Positions 12,848 through 26,441 are shown, counted from the stretch's first letter. The stretch: DNA of 64,000 nucleotides from Octopus vulgaris (GCA_951406725.2 OX597837.1:31682001-31746000); one strand, 5' to 3'. Notes: generated by a model from the letters alone, not told the origin. Numbers and translations are program-made.

Positions 12848-14025
12848 GTGAGTCCAGATTTGAATAATATTTTGCTTTATATCTTTTATAGTTTATACTT
12901 GAAAACCGTTGCAATGCGCTTAGCAAGTCCCTAAATATATGACATAACTTGTTGTTGAATGATAGATTTATTGATTATAGAGAGATGAAAGTAGAGTTTG
13001 AGTTACATACACACGAGATATGCTGTGAGAATGATAAGGCCTACATGAAGTGCAATAATTTGAAGAATCCTCATCCAAAACAATACCATTCAGGGGAATA
13101 AGACGGTCGAAATGTTAAACATTGTTCAATTGGAACCAATGACTACCCACTGTTCAGTTGATCTGAAAGTTGGGTTGTATTTGTAGAAATCGAAAACAGA
13201 CGAAACATTGTAGATGACGACGAATTGTTAATAGATAACATGTTCTTTGTTGATATTATTTCTTAAGGTCGATGTCTCTATTTACTATTACGCTGTGTAT
13301 TATAAGGGGACAAATGAAAATGCTGACATGAGTCAAGACAATGGCATAAAAAGTAAAAGACCCTGAAATGGAGGCAGTCAAGGCAGAGAGTAAGACGCGA
13401 GAAACGAAAGATAGGCACCAACTTCCACCAATTAACCCATTCATAAAATTATACTAAATTAAAAATGTGAGCGTTTGTGTGAGTGTCTGTCTTTCATCTT
13501 CCGATGTAATCTGTAATTCGATCAGCCACCAATGAATAGAGAGCGTTTAATAGATTCCCACCCTACCCAGTAGATTTTGGATTATAAGCTACCTTCAATC
13601 GTTTCCTCTACATAAGTACAGATATACATAGGTTTAACAAGCCATGGATATTAGTGTATAAAATTATGCACTATCTTAATTTAATCTCTACACGTGCATT
13701 CCGTTATGTAACCCATTAATCCAAATATATATTTTAATGTTTAATCTATCGATATATTGATCTTTCATTGGTGACTATACCAGATTGATATTTTAAGGTG
13801 TCAATAAGTCAATTTCATTTTTTTCATCTTGCAATAGAGCTGATGTACATGTTAATGTGTGAGTATATTCAATACATGTTTAAACCTCTGTATATATAAC
13901 GAATACTTTCCTAGTAATATCGTATAATTTACTACAAATATATTATCACATAGATTTATATATTTGTAGGAATTAAAAATCCCCAGAAATATTTACATTT
14001 CTAAATATTTAATCATTGTTTTCAG

Positions 14026-14122
14026 GTGCATATGGCGAGTGTAATACAGACGTAGCCATCGGTTGTCTTGTTGGCAAAATTAACGAAGTAGCAACAAACC
14101 TTAACCGTTCTGATTTATGCAG
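14026..14122 (+). CDS. Small secreted Cys-rich protein, coding exon 2 (G-AYGECNTDVAIGCLVGKINEVATNLNRSDLC-S)
   Basis: TTGTTTTCAG acceptor and AG|GTAAGA donor. Phase 1 in, phase 2 out, frame open. Confidence 0.85.
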
Positions 14123-15350
14123 GTAAGATGATGAATTTCTTTCTGGAAGGAGTCTTTGATTCTTACCTTTGCTTTTGATCCTACCTCACATAATCTAACG
14201 TCTGCGGGCTTTATACTATTTGAAAAAGTGTCCCTTTCAACATTCGATTTGAAGTGTGTATGCGCGTATGTGTGTTTGTACGTATGCATACATACATACA
14301 TACATACATACATACATACATACATACAAACATACATACATACATACATACATACATACATACATACATACATACATACATACATACATACATACATTCT
14401 ACATACATACATACATACATACATACATACATACGTTCTACATACATAAAAACATAAATACATGCATGGAATATATGTAACATACTAAGTACCATTCTTG
14501 AGAACATGGGCATCTCAAAACCAGAAAGGAGAAAGCTGATTCCAAAACTACAGTCCCAAGTCATCAATGGCACTGTAAATATCTGTAAAACGTTCCAGAG
14601 GTTTATCATTGAAGTATATATGTGCTTGTCTGGATATGCAAATACATGGATGAGAATACATAACATAAAACAAAACATACACATTTACACACGTACTGAC
14701 TCCAAATACTGCACATATACAGACATGCATGCAAAAATACCGTTTTGATGTTGTTGATGCTGCAATAAAAGAACTTTGGATTTAAGTTAGAAACCGGCTC
14801 TTTCTCTATTGGAAAGGATTCTTGAATTAAAACTGAATAATGACGTGCATACGTTCATAAATACATACATACATATATACATACATACATATATACATAC
14901 AGGTATACATACATACATACATACATACATACATACGTACATACATACATACATACATACATACATACATACATACATACATACATACATAAATACATAC
15001 ATACATACATACATATATACAGATATACAGATATACATGTATATATGTATTTATAGATGTATGCATGTATATGTTTACGTATTATCCGTATCTGATTACT
15101 GTGTGTATATAAATAATTAGAGGAGATAATTTCAACATCAATCACCATCATTTCTTTGTGTTTTGGATTAGAAACATATTCTATTGGTTACACATAAACA
15201 TTTTCGTAAATAATTTTAACGATGCGACCCTAGAGACAATTATCATTTGAGACAAACAAACAACATTTAACATTCAATATCTCATTTACGCATTCTATTC
15301 GTATTTAGTACAATGTAGAAATAACCATGTTTATTGCGATTCTATTCCAG

Positions 15351-15427
15351 TGACTTGGCCAGCGTTGCTCATTGCATGACCGCAGCAGGCTGTGCAGGAG
15401 ATGCAGGATTCTTGACCTCCATGTGCG
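15351..15427 (+). CDS. Small secreted Cys-rich protein, coding exon 3 (S-DLASVAHCMTAAGCAGDAGFLTSMC)
   Basis: CTATTCCAG acceptor, phase-compatible with exon 2. Ends either at a G|GTATGT donor or reads GM then TAA TAG (stop ending 15435). Confidence 0.8.
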
Positions 15428-15579
15428 GTATGTAATAGTTTAATATTCATCATCACACACACGTATACACACGTACAGAAGGACATACACACAATCACAC
15501 ACAGTGGCACGCACGTACACACACATACACACACCAGCTGGCACGCTTGCACACGCCTACGAACTTTATATGTATATAT

Positions 15580-16297
15580 TGCATCTGCTCTCTCTCCCTG
15601 CACCTGTTTCGCCGTCACCCGTCTCCAGATTCCCCTCACCTACCACCCCTACACCCTTCCTCTCCAGCAATATTCTCCGGGTTTTCCCGTGACTCAAGTC
15701 CGACCCCTCCACTTCGCACATATTACCTAACCTCTCCTTCCCATCCTTCAGACGAGCACACAACCTACGTGACTTCCTAGCCCACAGTTTCTTCCCTCAC
15801 CCCACCTACCATCCCGGCTAGTTCCTCTACTCCCGCCTACGCTGCCGCACCTGCCTCTACCGCTCCAACACCACACTCATCACAGGTACCCATCATTGAC
15901 CATTATCATATCATTGACTTCTACACCTGCACCTCTAGCAACGTTATCTACTGCATCACCAGCTCTCCCACTGTCCTTCTCTATACATCGTTCAAACGGG
16001 ACGCCGCTTGGCTGACAGGTTCCCGGAACACCTCCGAGGGATCAGACACCTCGGCCTTGCGCTATTTCCGCTCTACCGGTCATTCTTTACAACCCCTATC
16101 TTTGTTCGGATCGTGCACCTCTCTTCTCTTGCTCTGACTTCCTTTCTTCAATCTGTTTATTTTCTCGTGATCCTTTCTGTTGAAGAGCGTAGGCTTGAAA
16201 CGTAAAAGACTGTCTCACCTTCTCAAGCGTTAAACTAATACACATCTATGTTGTTTACACACGCGTCTTCGTCCTTAGGCTTTTTGTAAATTCCAAC

Positions 16298-16300
<3 letters not shown>
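15580..16300 (+). mobile_element. Penelope-like element remnant (GIY-YIG endonuclease plus 3' terminal repeat)
   Basis: Translates SFRRAHNLRDFL, CRTC, YTCTSSNVIYCIT and LYIVQTGRRLADRFPEHLR. The 3' end is shared with 26440, 33870 and 56835. Confidence 0.85.
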
Positions 16301-16336
<36 letters not shown>

Positions 16337-16373
16337 ATGCATATATGCATGAATGTATGTACACATATACGAC

Positions 16374-16473
16374 NNNNNNNNNNNNNNNNNNNNNNNNNNN
16401 NNNNNNNNNNNNNNNNNNNNNNNNNNNNNNNNNNNNNNNNNNNNNNNNNNNNNNNNNNNNNNNNNNNNNNNNN
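16374..16473. other. Assembly gap (100 N)
   Basis: Direct reading. True length and contiguity are unknown. Confidence 1.
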
Positions 16474-19400
16474 TCCTTTCCAGACCATAAAAGCACATTC
16501 ATGTTATATCCTTTCCAGACCATAAAAGCACATTCATGTTATATCCTTTCCAGACCATAAAAGCACATTCATGTTATATCCTTTCCAGACCATAAAAGCA
16601 CATTCATGTTATATCCTTTCCATAAAACCATAAATCCTTTCCAGACCATAAAGACACATTCATGTTATATCCTTTCCAGACCATAAAGACACATTCATGT
16701 TATATCCTTTCCAGACCATAAAGACACATTCATGTTATATCCTTTCCAGACCATAAAAGCACATTCATGTTATATCCTTTTCCAGACCATAAAAGCACAT
16801 TCATGTTATATCCTTTCCAGACCATAATCTCACATTCATGTTATATCCTTTCAAGACCATAAAGACACATTCATGTTATATCCTTTCCAGACCATAAAAG
16901 CACATTCATGTTATATCCTTTCCAGACCATAAAAGCACATTCATGTTATATCCTTTCCAGACCATAAAAGCACATTCATGTTATATCCTTTCCAGACCAT
17001 AAAAGCACATTCATGTTATATCCTTTCCAGACCATAAAAGCACATTCATGTTATATCCTTTCCAGACCATAAAAGCACATTCATGTTATATCCTTTCCAG
17101 ACCATAAAATCACATTCATGTTATATCCTTTCCAGACCATAAAAGCACATTCATGTTATATCCTTTCCAGACCATAAAGACACATTCATGTTATATCCTT
17201 TCCAGACCATAAAAGCACATTCATGTTATATCCTTTCCAGACCATAAAGACACATTCATGTTATATCCTTTCCAGACCATAAAAGCACATTCATGTTATA
17301 TCCTTTCCAGACCATAAAAGCACATTCATGTTATATCCTTTCCAGACCATAAAGCACATTTATGTTGTATCCTTTCCAGACCATAAAGACACATTCATGT
17401 TATATCCTTTCCAGACCATAAAAGCACATTCATGTTATATCCTTTCCAGACCATAAAAGCACATTCATGTTATATCCTTTCAAGACCATAAAGACACATT
17501 CATGTTATATCCTTTCCAGACCATAAAAGCACATTCATGTTATATCCTTTCCAGACTATAAAAGCACATTCATGTTATATCCTTTCCAGACTATAAAAGC
17601 ACATTCATGTTATATCCTTTCCAGACCATAAAAGCACATTCATGTTATATCCTTTCCAGACTATAAAAGCACATTCATGTTATATCCGTTCCAGACCATA
17701 AAAGCACATTCATGTTATATCCTTTCCAGACCATAAAGACACATTCATGTTATATCCTTTCCAGACCATAAAGGCACATTCATGTTATATCCTTTCCAGA
17801 CCATAAAAGCACATTCATGTTATATCCTTTCCAGACCATAAAAGCACATTCATGTTATATCCTTTCCAGACCATAAAGACACATTCATGTTATATCCTTT
17901 CCAGACCATAAAGACACATTCATGTTATATCCTTTCCAGACCATAAAGACACATTCATGTTATATCCTTTCCAGACCATAAAAGCACATTCATGTTATAT
18001 CCTTTCCAGACCATAAAGCACATTTATGTTGTATCCTTTCCAGACATAAAGACACATTCATGTTATATCCTTTCCAGACCATAAAGACACATTCATGTTA
18101 TATCCTTTCCAGACCATAAAGACACATTCATGTTATATCCTTTCCAGACCATAAAGACACATTCATGTTATATCCTTTCCAGACCATAAAGACACATTCA
18201 TGTTATATCCTTTCCAGACCATAAAAGCACATTCATGTTATATCCTTTCCAGACCATAAAGACACATTCATGTTATATCCTTTCCAGACTGCATAAAAGA
18301 CACATTCATTCATGTTATATCCTTTCCAGACCATAAAGACACATTCATGTTATATCCTTTCCAGACCATAAAAGCACATTCATGTTATATCCTTTCCAGA
18401 CCATAAAGACACATTCATGTTATATCCTTTCCAGACCATAAAGACACATTCATGTTATATCCTTTCCAGACCATAAAAGCACATTCATGTTATATCCTTT
18501 CCAGACCATAAAAGCACATTCATGTTATATCCTTTCCAGACCATAAAAGCACATTCATGTTATATCCTTTCCAGACCATAAAGACACATTCATGTTATAT
18601 CCTTTCCAGACCATAAAGACACATTCATGTTATATCCTTTCCAGACCATAAAGACACATTCATGTTATATCCTTTCCAGACGACAAACCACATTCATGTT
18701 ATATCCTTTCCAGATCATAAAAGCACATTCATGTTATATCCTTTCCAGACCATAAAAGCACATTCATGTTATATCCTTTCCAGACCATAAAAGCACATTC
18801 ATGTTATATCCTTTCCAGACCATAAAGCACATTCATGTTATATCCTTTCCAGACCATAAAACACATTCATGTTATATCCTTTCCAGACCATAAAAGCACA
18901 TTCATGTTATATCCTTTCCAGACCATAAAAGCACATTCATGTTATATCCTTTCCAGACCATAAAGACACATTCATGTTATATCCTTTCCAGACCATAAAG
19001 CACATTCATGTTATATCCTTTCCAGACATACAATTCATGTTATATCCTTTCCAGACCATAAAGCACATTCATGTTATATCCTTTCCAGACAGCAAATATG
19101 TTATATCCTTTCCAGACCATAAAGAGCACATTCATGTTATATCCTTTCCAGACCATAAAAGCACATTCATGTTATATCCTTTCCAGACCATAAAGACACA
19201 TTCATGTTATATCCTTTCCAGACCATAAAGCACATTCATGTTATATCCTTTCCAGACCATAAAGCACATTCATGTTATATCCTTTCCAGACCATAAAGAC
19301 ACATTCATGTTATATCCTTTCCAGACCATAAAAGCACATTCATGTTATATCCTTTCCAGACCATAAAAGCACATTCATGTTATATCCTTTCCAGACCATA

Positions 19401-21105
19401 AAAGCACATTCATGTTATATCCTTTCCAGACCATAAAAGCACATTCATGTTATATCCTTTCCAGACCATAAAGACACATTCATGTTATATCCTTTCCAGA
19501 CCATAAAGAGCATTCATTCATGTTATATCCTTTCCAGACCATAAAAGCACATTCATGTTATATCCTTTCCAGACCATAAAAGCACATTCATGTTATATCC
19601 TTTCCAGACCATAAAAGCACATTCATGTTATATCCTTTCCAGACCATAAAGACACATTCATGTTATATCCTTTCCAGACCATAAAAGCACATTCATGTTA
19701 TATCCTTTCCAGACCATAAAAGCACATTCATGTTATATCCTTTCCAGACCATAAAGCACATTCATGTTATATCCTTTCCAGACCATAAAAGCACATTCAT
19801 GTTATATCCTTTCCAGACCATAAAAGCACATTCATGTTATATCCTTTCCAGACCATAAAAGCACATTCATGTTATATCCTTTCCAGACCATAAAAGCACA
19901 TTCATGTTATATCCTTTCCAGACCATAAAGACACATTCATGTTATATCCTTTCCAGACCATAAAAGCACATTCATGTTATATCCTTTCCAGACCATAAAA
20001 GCACATTCATGTTATATCCTTTCCAGACCATAAAAGCACATTCATGTTATATCCTTTCCAGACCATAAAAGCACATTCATGTTATATCCTTTCCAGACCA
20101 TAAAGACACATTCATGTTATATCCTTTCCAGACCATAAAAGCACATTCATGTTATATCCTTTCCAGACCATAAAAGCACATTCATGTTATATCCTTTCCA
20201 GACCATAAAAGCACATTCATGTTATATCCTTTCCAGACCATAAAGCACATTCATGTTATATCCTTTCCAGACCATAAAAGCACATTCATGTTATATCCTT
20301 TCCAGACCATAAAGACACATTCATGTTATATCCTTTCCAGACCATAAAAGCACATTCATGTTATATCCTTTCCAGACCATAAAAGCACATTCATGTTATA
20401 TCCTTTCCAGACCATAAAGACACATTCATGTTATATCCTTTCCAGACCATAAAGCACATTCATGTTAATCCTTTCCAGACCATAAAGCACATTCATGTTA
20501 TATCCTTTCCAGACCATAAAAGCACCACATTCATGTTAATCCTTTCCAGACCATAAAGCAATTCATGTTATATCCTTTCCAGACCATAAAAGCACATTCA
20601 TGTTATATCCTTTCCAGACCATAAAAGCACATTCATGTTATATCCTTTCCAGACCATAAAGACACATTCATGTTATATCCTTTCCAGACCATAAAAGCAC
20701 ATTCATGTTATATCCTTTCCAGACCATAAAGACACATTCATGTTATATCCTTTCCAGACCATAAAGACACATTCATGTTATATCCTTTCCAGAGCATAAA
20801 AGACACATTCATGTTATATCCTTTCCAGACCATAAAGACACATTCATATTATATCCTTTCCAGACCATAAAGACACATTCATGTTATATCCTTTCCAGAC
20901 CATAAAGACACATTCATGTTATATCCTTTCCAGACCATAAAGACACATTCATGTTATATCCTTTCCAGACCATATAGACACATTCATGTTATATCCTTTC
21001 CAGACCATAAAGACACATTCATGTTATATCCTTTCTAGACCATAAAGACACATTCCTGTTATATCTTTTCCAGACCATGTTATATCCTTTCCATTCATGT
21101 TATAT
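16474..21105. repeat. 35-bp satellite, about 130 copies (TCCTTTCCAGACCATAAAAGCACATTCATGTTATA)
   Basis: Period 35 (units start at 16474, 16509 and so on). Two main variants, AAAAGCAC and AAAGACAC. Confidence 0.99.
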
Positions 21106-21119
21106 ACCCTGTCACCAGA

Positions 21120-21450
21120 TCGGAAAACTTATGTGGTTTCAAATGTGGTTTCAAATACTTCCAACAGATCACAGCATGCTTCTACACTTCTTTTCTTTCA
21201 ACCGGGTGCCAACTGCCGAGGTACCCACTTTATACATATTTTTCGATACCCAAAGTTTTCCATCATCTTCTGTAATACATTGCGCCTACATTCCAATTGA
21301 GAAGCAAGATCACAAATTGGGATTCATCTGTACTCACAAATTAATTCGTTCACTCGCTGGTGATTCGAATCGATGATCATAGTTGATTGTCTCCCACTGC
21401 ATGGTTTGTATTCAATGCTAGTTTCCCCATTTTTAAGCATTTTCATTAAA
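21120..21450 (-). mobile_element. Mariner transposase N-terminal relic
   Basis: Minus strand reads LKNGETSIEYKPCSGRQST...RVNELI and GYRKICIKWVPRQL (WVPHEL-like motif). Confidence 0.8.
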
Positions 21451-22026
21451 CAGTACATATTGCTCTTGCAATGGTGTCATTGAAGTACAGTAAAGGCACA
21501 AATCAACTCGTAACACAGAATTCCAAAGATAGACATAACAATTCTTTATGCAAACAGACCTATATTTCAGTTGAAAAATATGAGCCACTACACTAGCTTT
21601 CACATATACGTGCATATGTATGCGTGTGTGTGCGTGTGTGCGTGTGTATGTGTGTGTGTATGTGTGTGTGTGTGTGTATGTATGTGTGTGTGTGTGTGTA
21701 CGTAGATGGTCTATACTAGGTACTCAACTATTTAATGAACGATAAGAAATAATTGTTATTCCTAATGCGTCATACGGATGTGAAGACAAGAGGTCTCCTG
21801 ATTCTGCCCAACTAAAGCAGTTCTTCTAAATAAACATTTACTGAAACAGCACTGACCCATTTAACGATGTTAAAAGACGATTGAGCAAGATCGCAAGCGG
21901 TATATCAAACTTGGTACCTCATGACCGCGAAGGGAACTTTAAAATAAAAATACATACATGCATATACTCACACGTACACACACATACAAACACACACACA
22001 AACACGTGCATACACACAGATCGATC

Positions 22027-22027
<1 letters not shown>

Positions 22028-22125
<98 letters not shown>

Positions 22126-22126
22126 T

Positions 22127-22161
<35 letters not shown>

Positions 22162-22173
22162 GATGGATGGATG

Positions 22174-22204
<31 letters not shown>

Positions 22205-22300
22205 GATGGATTGATAGATAGATGGATTGATAGATAGATGGATAGAGAGATAAATAGATAGAAAGATAGATAGATAGACAGACTGATAGATAGATAGATG

Positions 22301-22357
<57 letters not shown>

Positions 22358-22359
22358 GT

Positions 22360-22408
<49 letters not shown>

Positions 22409-22415
22409 TAGATAT

Positions 22416-22500
<85 letters not shown>
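22028..22500. repeat. (GATA)n/(TA)n compound microsatellite
   Basis: Direct reading. Confidence 0.95.
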
Positions 22501-22502
<2 letters not shown>

Positions 22503-22551
22503 TACTTGCAGGCAACAGCTGCTTGGTTAAGACTTTGCCCTCGCATAAATA

Positions 22552-22604
<53 letters not shown>

Positions 22605-22620
22605 ATGTGTGTATATGTGT

Positions 22621-22678
<58 letters not shown>

Positions 22679-22699
22679 TTACATATATATATATATTCC

Positions 22700-23088
22700 G
22701 AAATTCAGAGAAGCTATATTTTGGGTCAATCTGAAGTTGGACTTAGCGTAAAATCACAGAATATCTCGGGATCCCACTTTCTACAGTTAATAGAGTGATT
22801 GTGTAATACACCATAGAGGGCAAGGAGTCCACATCACCCAAGTCGACCAGGAGTCTGACAGGAGCCTTCACTTTGTTAAGAGAAATGTGGAAGATAATCC
22901 TCGTTGCAAGGCCTCAGACATAGCAGAATAAGTTGATGTCAATCTCAGAAAAGTTGTCAGGTATCTCCACAAACTTTGTTACAATAGCAGATTGGCAAAA
23001 AGCAAACTAATTTTTCGACAGCCAATATCAAGCAGCGAAAAAACTGGGGCAGTGAGATAGTGGAGAATCAAGTAGCATTTTGGAACCT
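22700..23088 (+). mobile_element. Tc1-like transposase N-terminal relic, related to 11050-11880
   Basis: IPLSTVNRVIV*YTIEGKEST aligns with [21 protein letters not shown]. Confidence 0.75.
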
Positions 23089-23120
23089 ACATACATACAT
23101 ACATACATACATACATACAT

Positions 23121-23188
<68 letters not shown>

Positions 23189-23301
23189 GTAAAAAGTGAA
23201 AAAACTACAGAAGGCTTGTTTTAAAAGGTTAAAAAATATATATTTGAGTCAATATGTCTGAAGAATATCATAAATTTTTTTCTTACAATGACATAGTTTA
23301 G

Positions 23302-23340
23302 AAGAAAGACCGGTTTCGCGTTTAGCTTTTCAAATTTCTT
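23302..23340 (-). ncRNA. Minimal hammerhead motif, U3-A8 variant
   Basis: AAGAAA-U-UUGAAAA-GC-UAAAC-GC-GAAA-CCGG-UC-UUUCUU: 6-bp helix I, GUC site, palindromic ACCGGU. Confidence 0.55.
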
Positions 23341-23978
23341 ACGTCGTTATGTTTATGTTGAGAAGAGTTATCGTTATGTTTATGTTGAAAAGAGTTCTAA
23401 ATAAGGGGAGGTAATAAGTGATTTCTTCCGGTGTAAGGGAGATATATATATATATATATGCACGCGCGCGCAGAAAAGAGAGGAAAAGAAGAAAAATTGT
23501 GGGAGGTGAGAATCGCATTAATGGATAAATATACAATTCGACACATTCACAGCCTCATATAATAATTATTTCTACTATAGGTACCAATCGTTGGGGCGGA
23601 GTTACATAATAATAATGATATAAACAAATATATACATTTACATACGACGATGTTCTTATCAAAATAATATAAATATAAATGATTTTACAGTCAGTTTCAC
23701 AAAAACCGCGGACCATTAGTGATGATATTAAATCAATTAAAGAAGCCAAAATATTGAGTGCCTGTATGGATTGATCTATCGATTAATTTTTTTTTTTAGC
23801 GAAAAACAGTCGAAAAGAGAAAAATTCCAAGATTAAGAAAATTTAATATCATAACATCAGATAGCAAACATAGTATCTGAATTTGAAAACTAAGGAAAAT
23901 TATAAACGTCTAATCGTATTGTTTCTAATTCTGTTATTTTTTTTACCTTTGCAGGGTATGTAAATATGAGATGTAAAT

Positions 23979-24160
23979 TATTTCGTCTGCGTTACGTTCT
24001 GAGTTCAAATTCCGCCGAGGTCGACTTTGCCTTTCATCCTTTCGGGGTCGATAAATTAAGTACCAGTTACGCACTAGGGTCGATGTAATCGACTTAATAC
24101 CTATGTCTGTCCTTGTTTGTCCCCTCTGTGTTTAGCCCCTTGTGGGTAATAAAGAAATAG
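23979..24160 (+). mobile_element. SINE family A, 5'-truncated, with 17-bp TSD
   Basis: TSD GGTATGTAAATATGAGA at 23955-23971 and 24160-24176. Confidence 0.92.
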
Positions 24161-24460
24161 GTATGTAAATATGAGAAGAGTTTTGTGATCGCAGTTAATT
24201 ATTAGGTGAAGGAGGCGTGTGACCTAGAGGTCATGGTGCTCTACTCGTGATTGCAAGATCGAAGTTTTGGCCCTCAGACCAGGTGGTGCAATTATGCTTT
24301 TGTGTAAGCTCAATAAACCTTAAATCATTAACCCTGCGACAGAATGGTGAAGATCATTGTATGCATTCCCAGATTACACACGCAAATTTACAGGTAAAAT
24401 ATGTATTTAAAAAAATTAATGAATAAATAAATTCATGAATCGATGTTGTTTTCACACCGA

Positions 24461-24480
24461 TATTATTATTATTATTATTA

Positions 24481-24541
<61 letters not shown>

Positions 24542-24552
24542 CATTATTATTA

Positions 24553-24617
<65 letters not shown>

Positions 24618-25078
24618 GAGTGAGAGAGCAGTGCATGCCATCAAAGTGATACTAGGGTAAAATACACGAAGCCCAGTATACCCATCATGACTACCCGTCT
24701 GATAAGGGTACACTCGGCACTTGCATCACAACCATATGTGCACGACATGGTGATCTCATATCAAGATAAACAGCACATGACTTTGCAGGTGGGGCTCAGT
24801 TAGAATTTTCTTCAGGTCGAGTAACCCATCCCACTCGAAAGGTCCCTGATTAAGGGTTGTTTAAGGATGTTGAACGAAACACCCATATTTCCAGAGGTGA
24901 ATTATTCAAACCCCAAAGAATCCCTCTCAACACATGGCTATGATGCTCCCCCACTACTTCTGCTCGTGATCAGAGATGCACATATCGTCAGCCATCAAGG
25001 GATATGCTCAACTGGTTAAGGTCAAACAACTGACAAGCAAATCTGTGGTATTGAGCAGAATATTTGCTGTAGCCCTGT
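24461..25078 (-). mobile_element. Unclassified non-coding retroposon-like element (24618-25078) with an (AAT)n tail (24461-24617)
   Basis: GC-richer unique block abutting about 155 bp of (ATT)n. Single copy in this window, so the class is inferred. Confidence 0.45.
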
Positions 25079-25647
25079 CGTTGTTGTTGTTGGTATTGTT
25101 ATCGTTGTTGTTATACTTGTTCTTATCTTTATATTATAATTTCGCTGAAAAAGCAGCAATTCTAAAAACTCAGTCGTTAGAATTCAATATAATGATAGGT
25201 TTAGAGTAAAGCGTCAGATGGTTACAGTGCGTGATATCTATTGACGAATGAATGACAAAGAAACAAACAAACAAACAAAAAAATGAATGAAATAAACAGG
25301 AATTCCGCAATCCCTTACTTTAACTAACAGCTGTTTCTGTAATAGGAATTAATGAGTGCTTGTGTAACGTCACGTAGCAGAAACACATATAAGCAAATGG
25401 ACTTGATTACGTAGTCCTGTTCTTTTGACTTTCATTGATAGACGTATATATATGAATCTGTAGAATGAATAACAAATAGATCCAACACCACCACGCACAC
25501 CTCCATCCCCATATTACTACCATTCCTATACTTCTATCACTTACCTCCCTCTACCAAGTACATAAAGAAATATGCACATAGCTAGAATGGCCTTCATGCT
25601 AGCAAGAAGGGAAAAACATCCCTCTGTGATTCACCCAATAATGCAGT

Positions 25648-25770
25648 ATCGCCTGATGAAATGAATCAATGATGATGATCAACCGGATGCCCAGGGATAA
25701 TACGGACTAATTCTAAGGATACCGACTCTCCTGCCAAAATCATGCGATTTGTAGAAACGCGCGTAGTTAT
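25648..25770 (+). ncRNA. Hammerhead motif with long helix-II insert
   Basis: CUGAUGA at 25653, AUGAAUC/GAUUUGU helix, GAAA at 25754, CGCGCG-UA. Helix I is imperfect (AUCGC/GUUAU). Confidence 0.5.
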
Positions 25771-25916
25771 GTATTACATATTTATAAATTCCATCTTAGA
25801 ATTATTATTATTATTATTATATATAAAGATATACATACATAAATACATATAATATATACAATATGCAAATGAATACACACACATGCACACATATAATATT
25901 ATATTATAATTAATGT

Positions 25917-26033
25917 GGAGGCGCGTGACTTAGAGGTTAGGGTGTTGAACTCATGATCGTAAGGCTGTGGTTTCGATTACTGGACCGGGCGATGCGTTAT
26001 GTACTTGAGCAAAACACATCATTTCACGTTGCT
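25917..26033 (+). mobile_element. SINE family C head, 3'-truncated
   Basis: A-box- and B-box-like head, then TTGAGCAAAACACATCATTTCACGTTGCTC. Confidence 0.7.
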
Positions 26034-26043
26034 CACACGCACA

Positions 26044-26117
<74 letters not shown>

Positions 26118-26162
26118 GAGAGAGGGGGGAGAGAGAAATAGATAGATAGATAGATAGATAGT

Positions 26163-26262
<100 letters not shown>

Positions 26263-26364
26263 CAGATTGATAGATATACATATATGCATTAACATACATA
26301 TTTACAAATATATATACAGACAGAGAGAAAGAGAGAAAGAAAGAGGGAGAAATAGAGATAGATA

Positions 26365-26439
<75 letters not shown>

Positions 26440-26441
<2 letters not shown>

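Noticed and set aside
16474-21105. CRISPR array
   Set aside because: The 35-bp units abut with no unique spacers, there are no cas genes, and the context is eukaryotic.
23935-23962. Exon 4 or a 1-nt micro-exon at TTTGCAG-G-GTATGT
   Set aside because: It lies beyond the gap, has no convincing coding continuation, and coincides with a SINE target site. It cannot be supported without RNA data.
25020-25078. HDV/CPEB3-like ribozyme on the minus strand
   Set aside because: The start resembles it superficially, but only a simple hairpin forms. No P1/P3 nested pseudoknot found.
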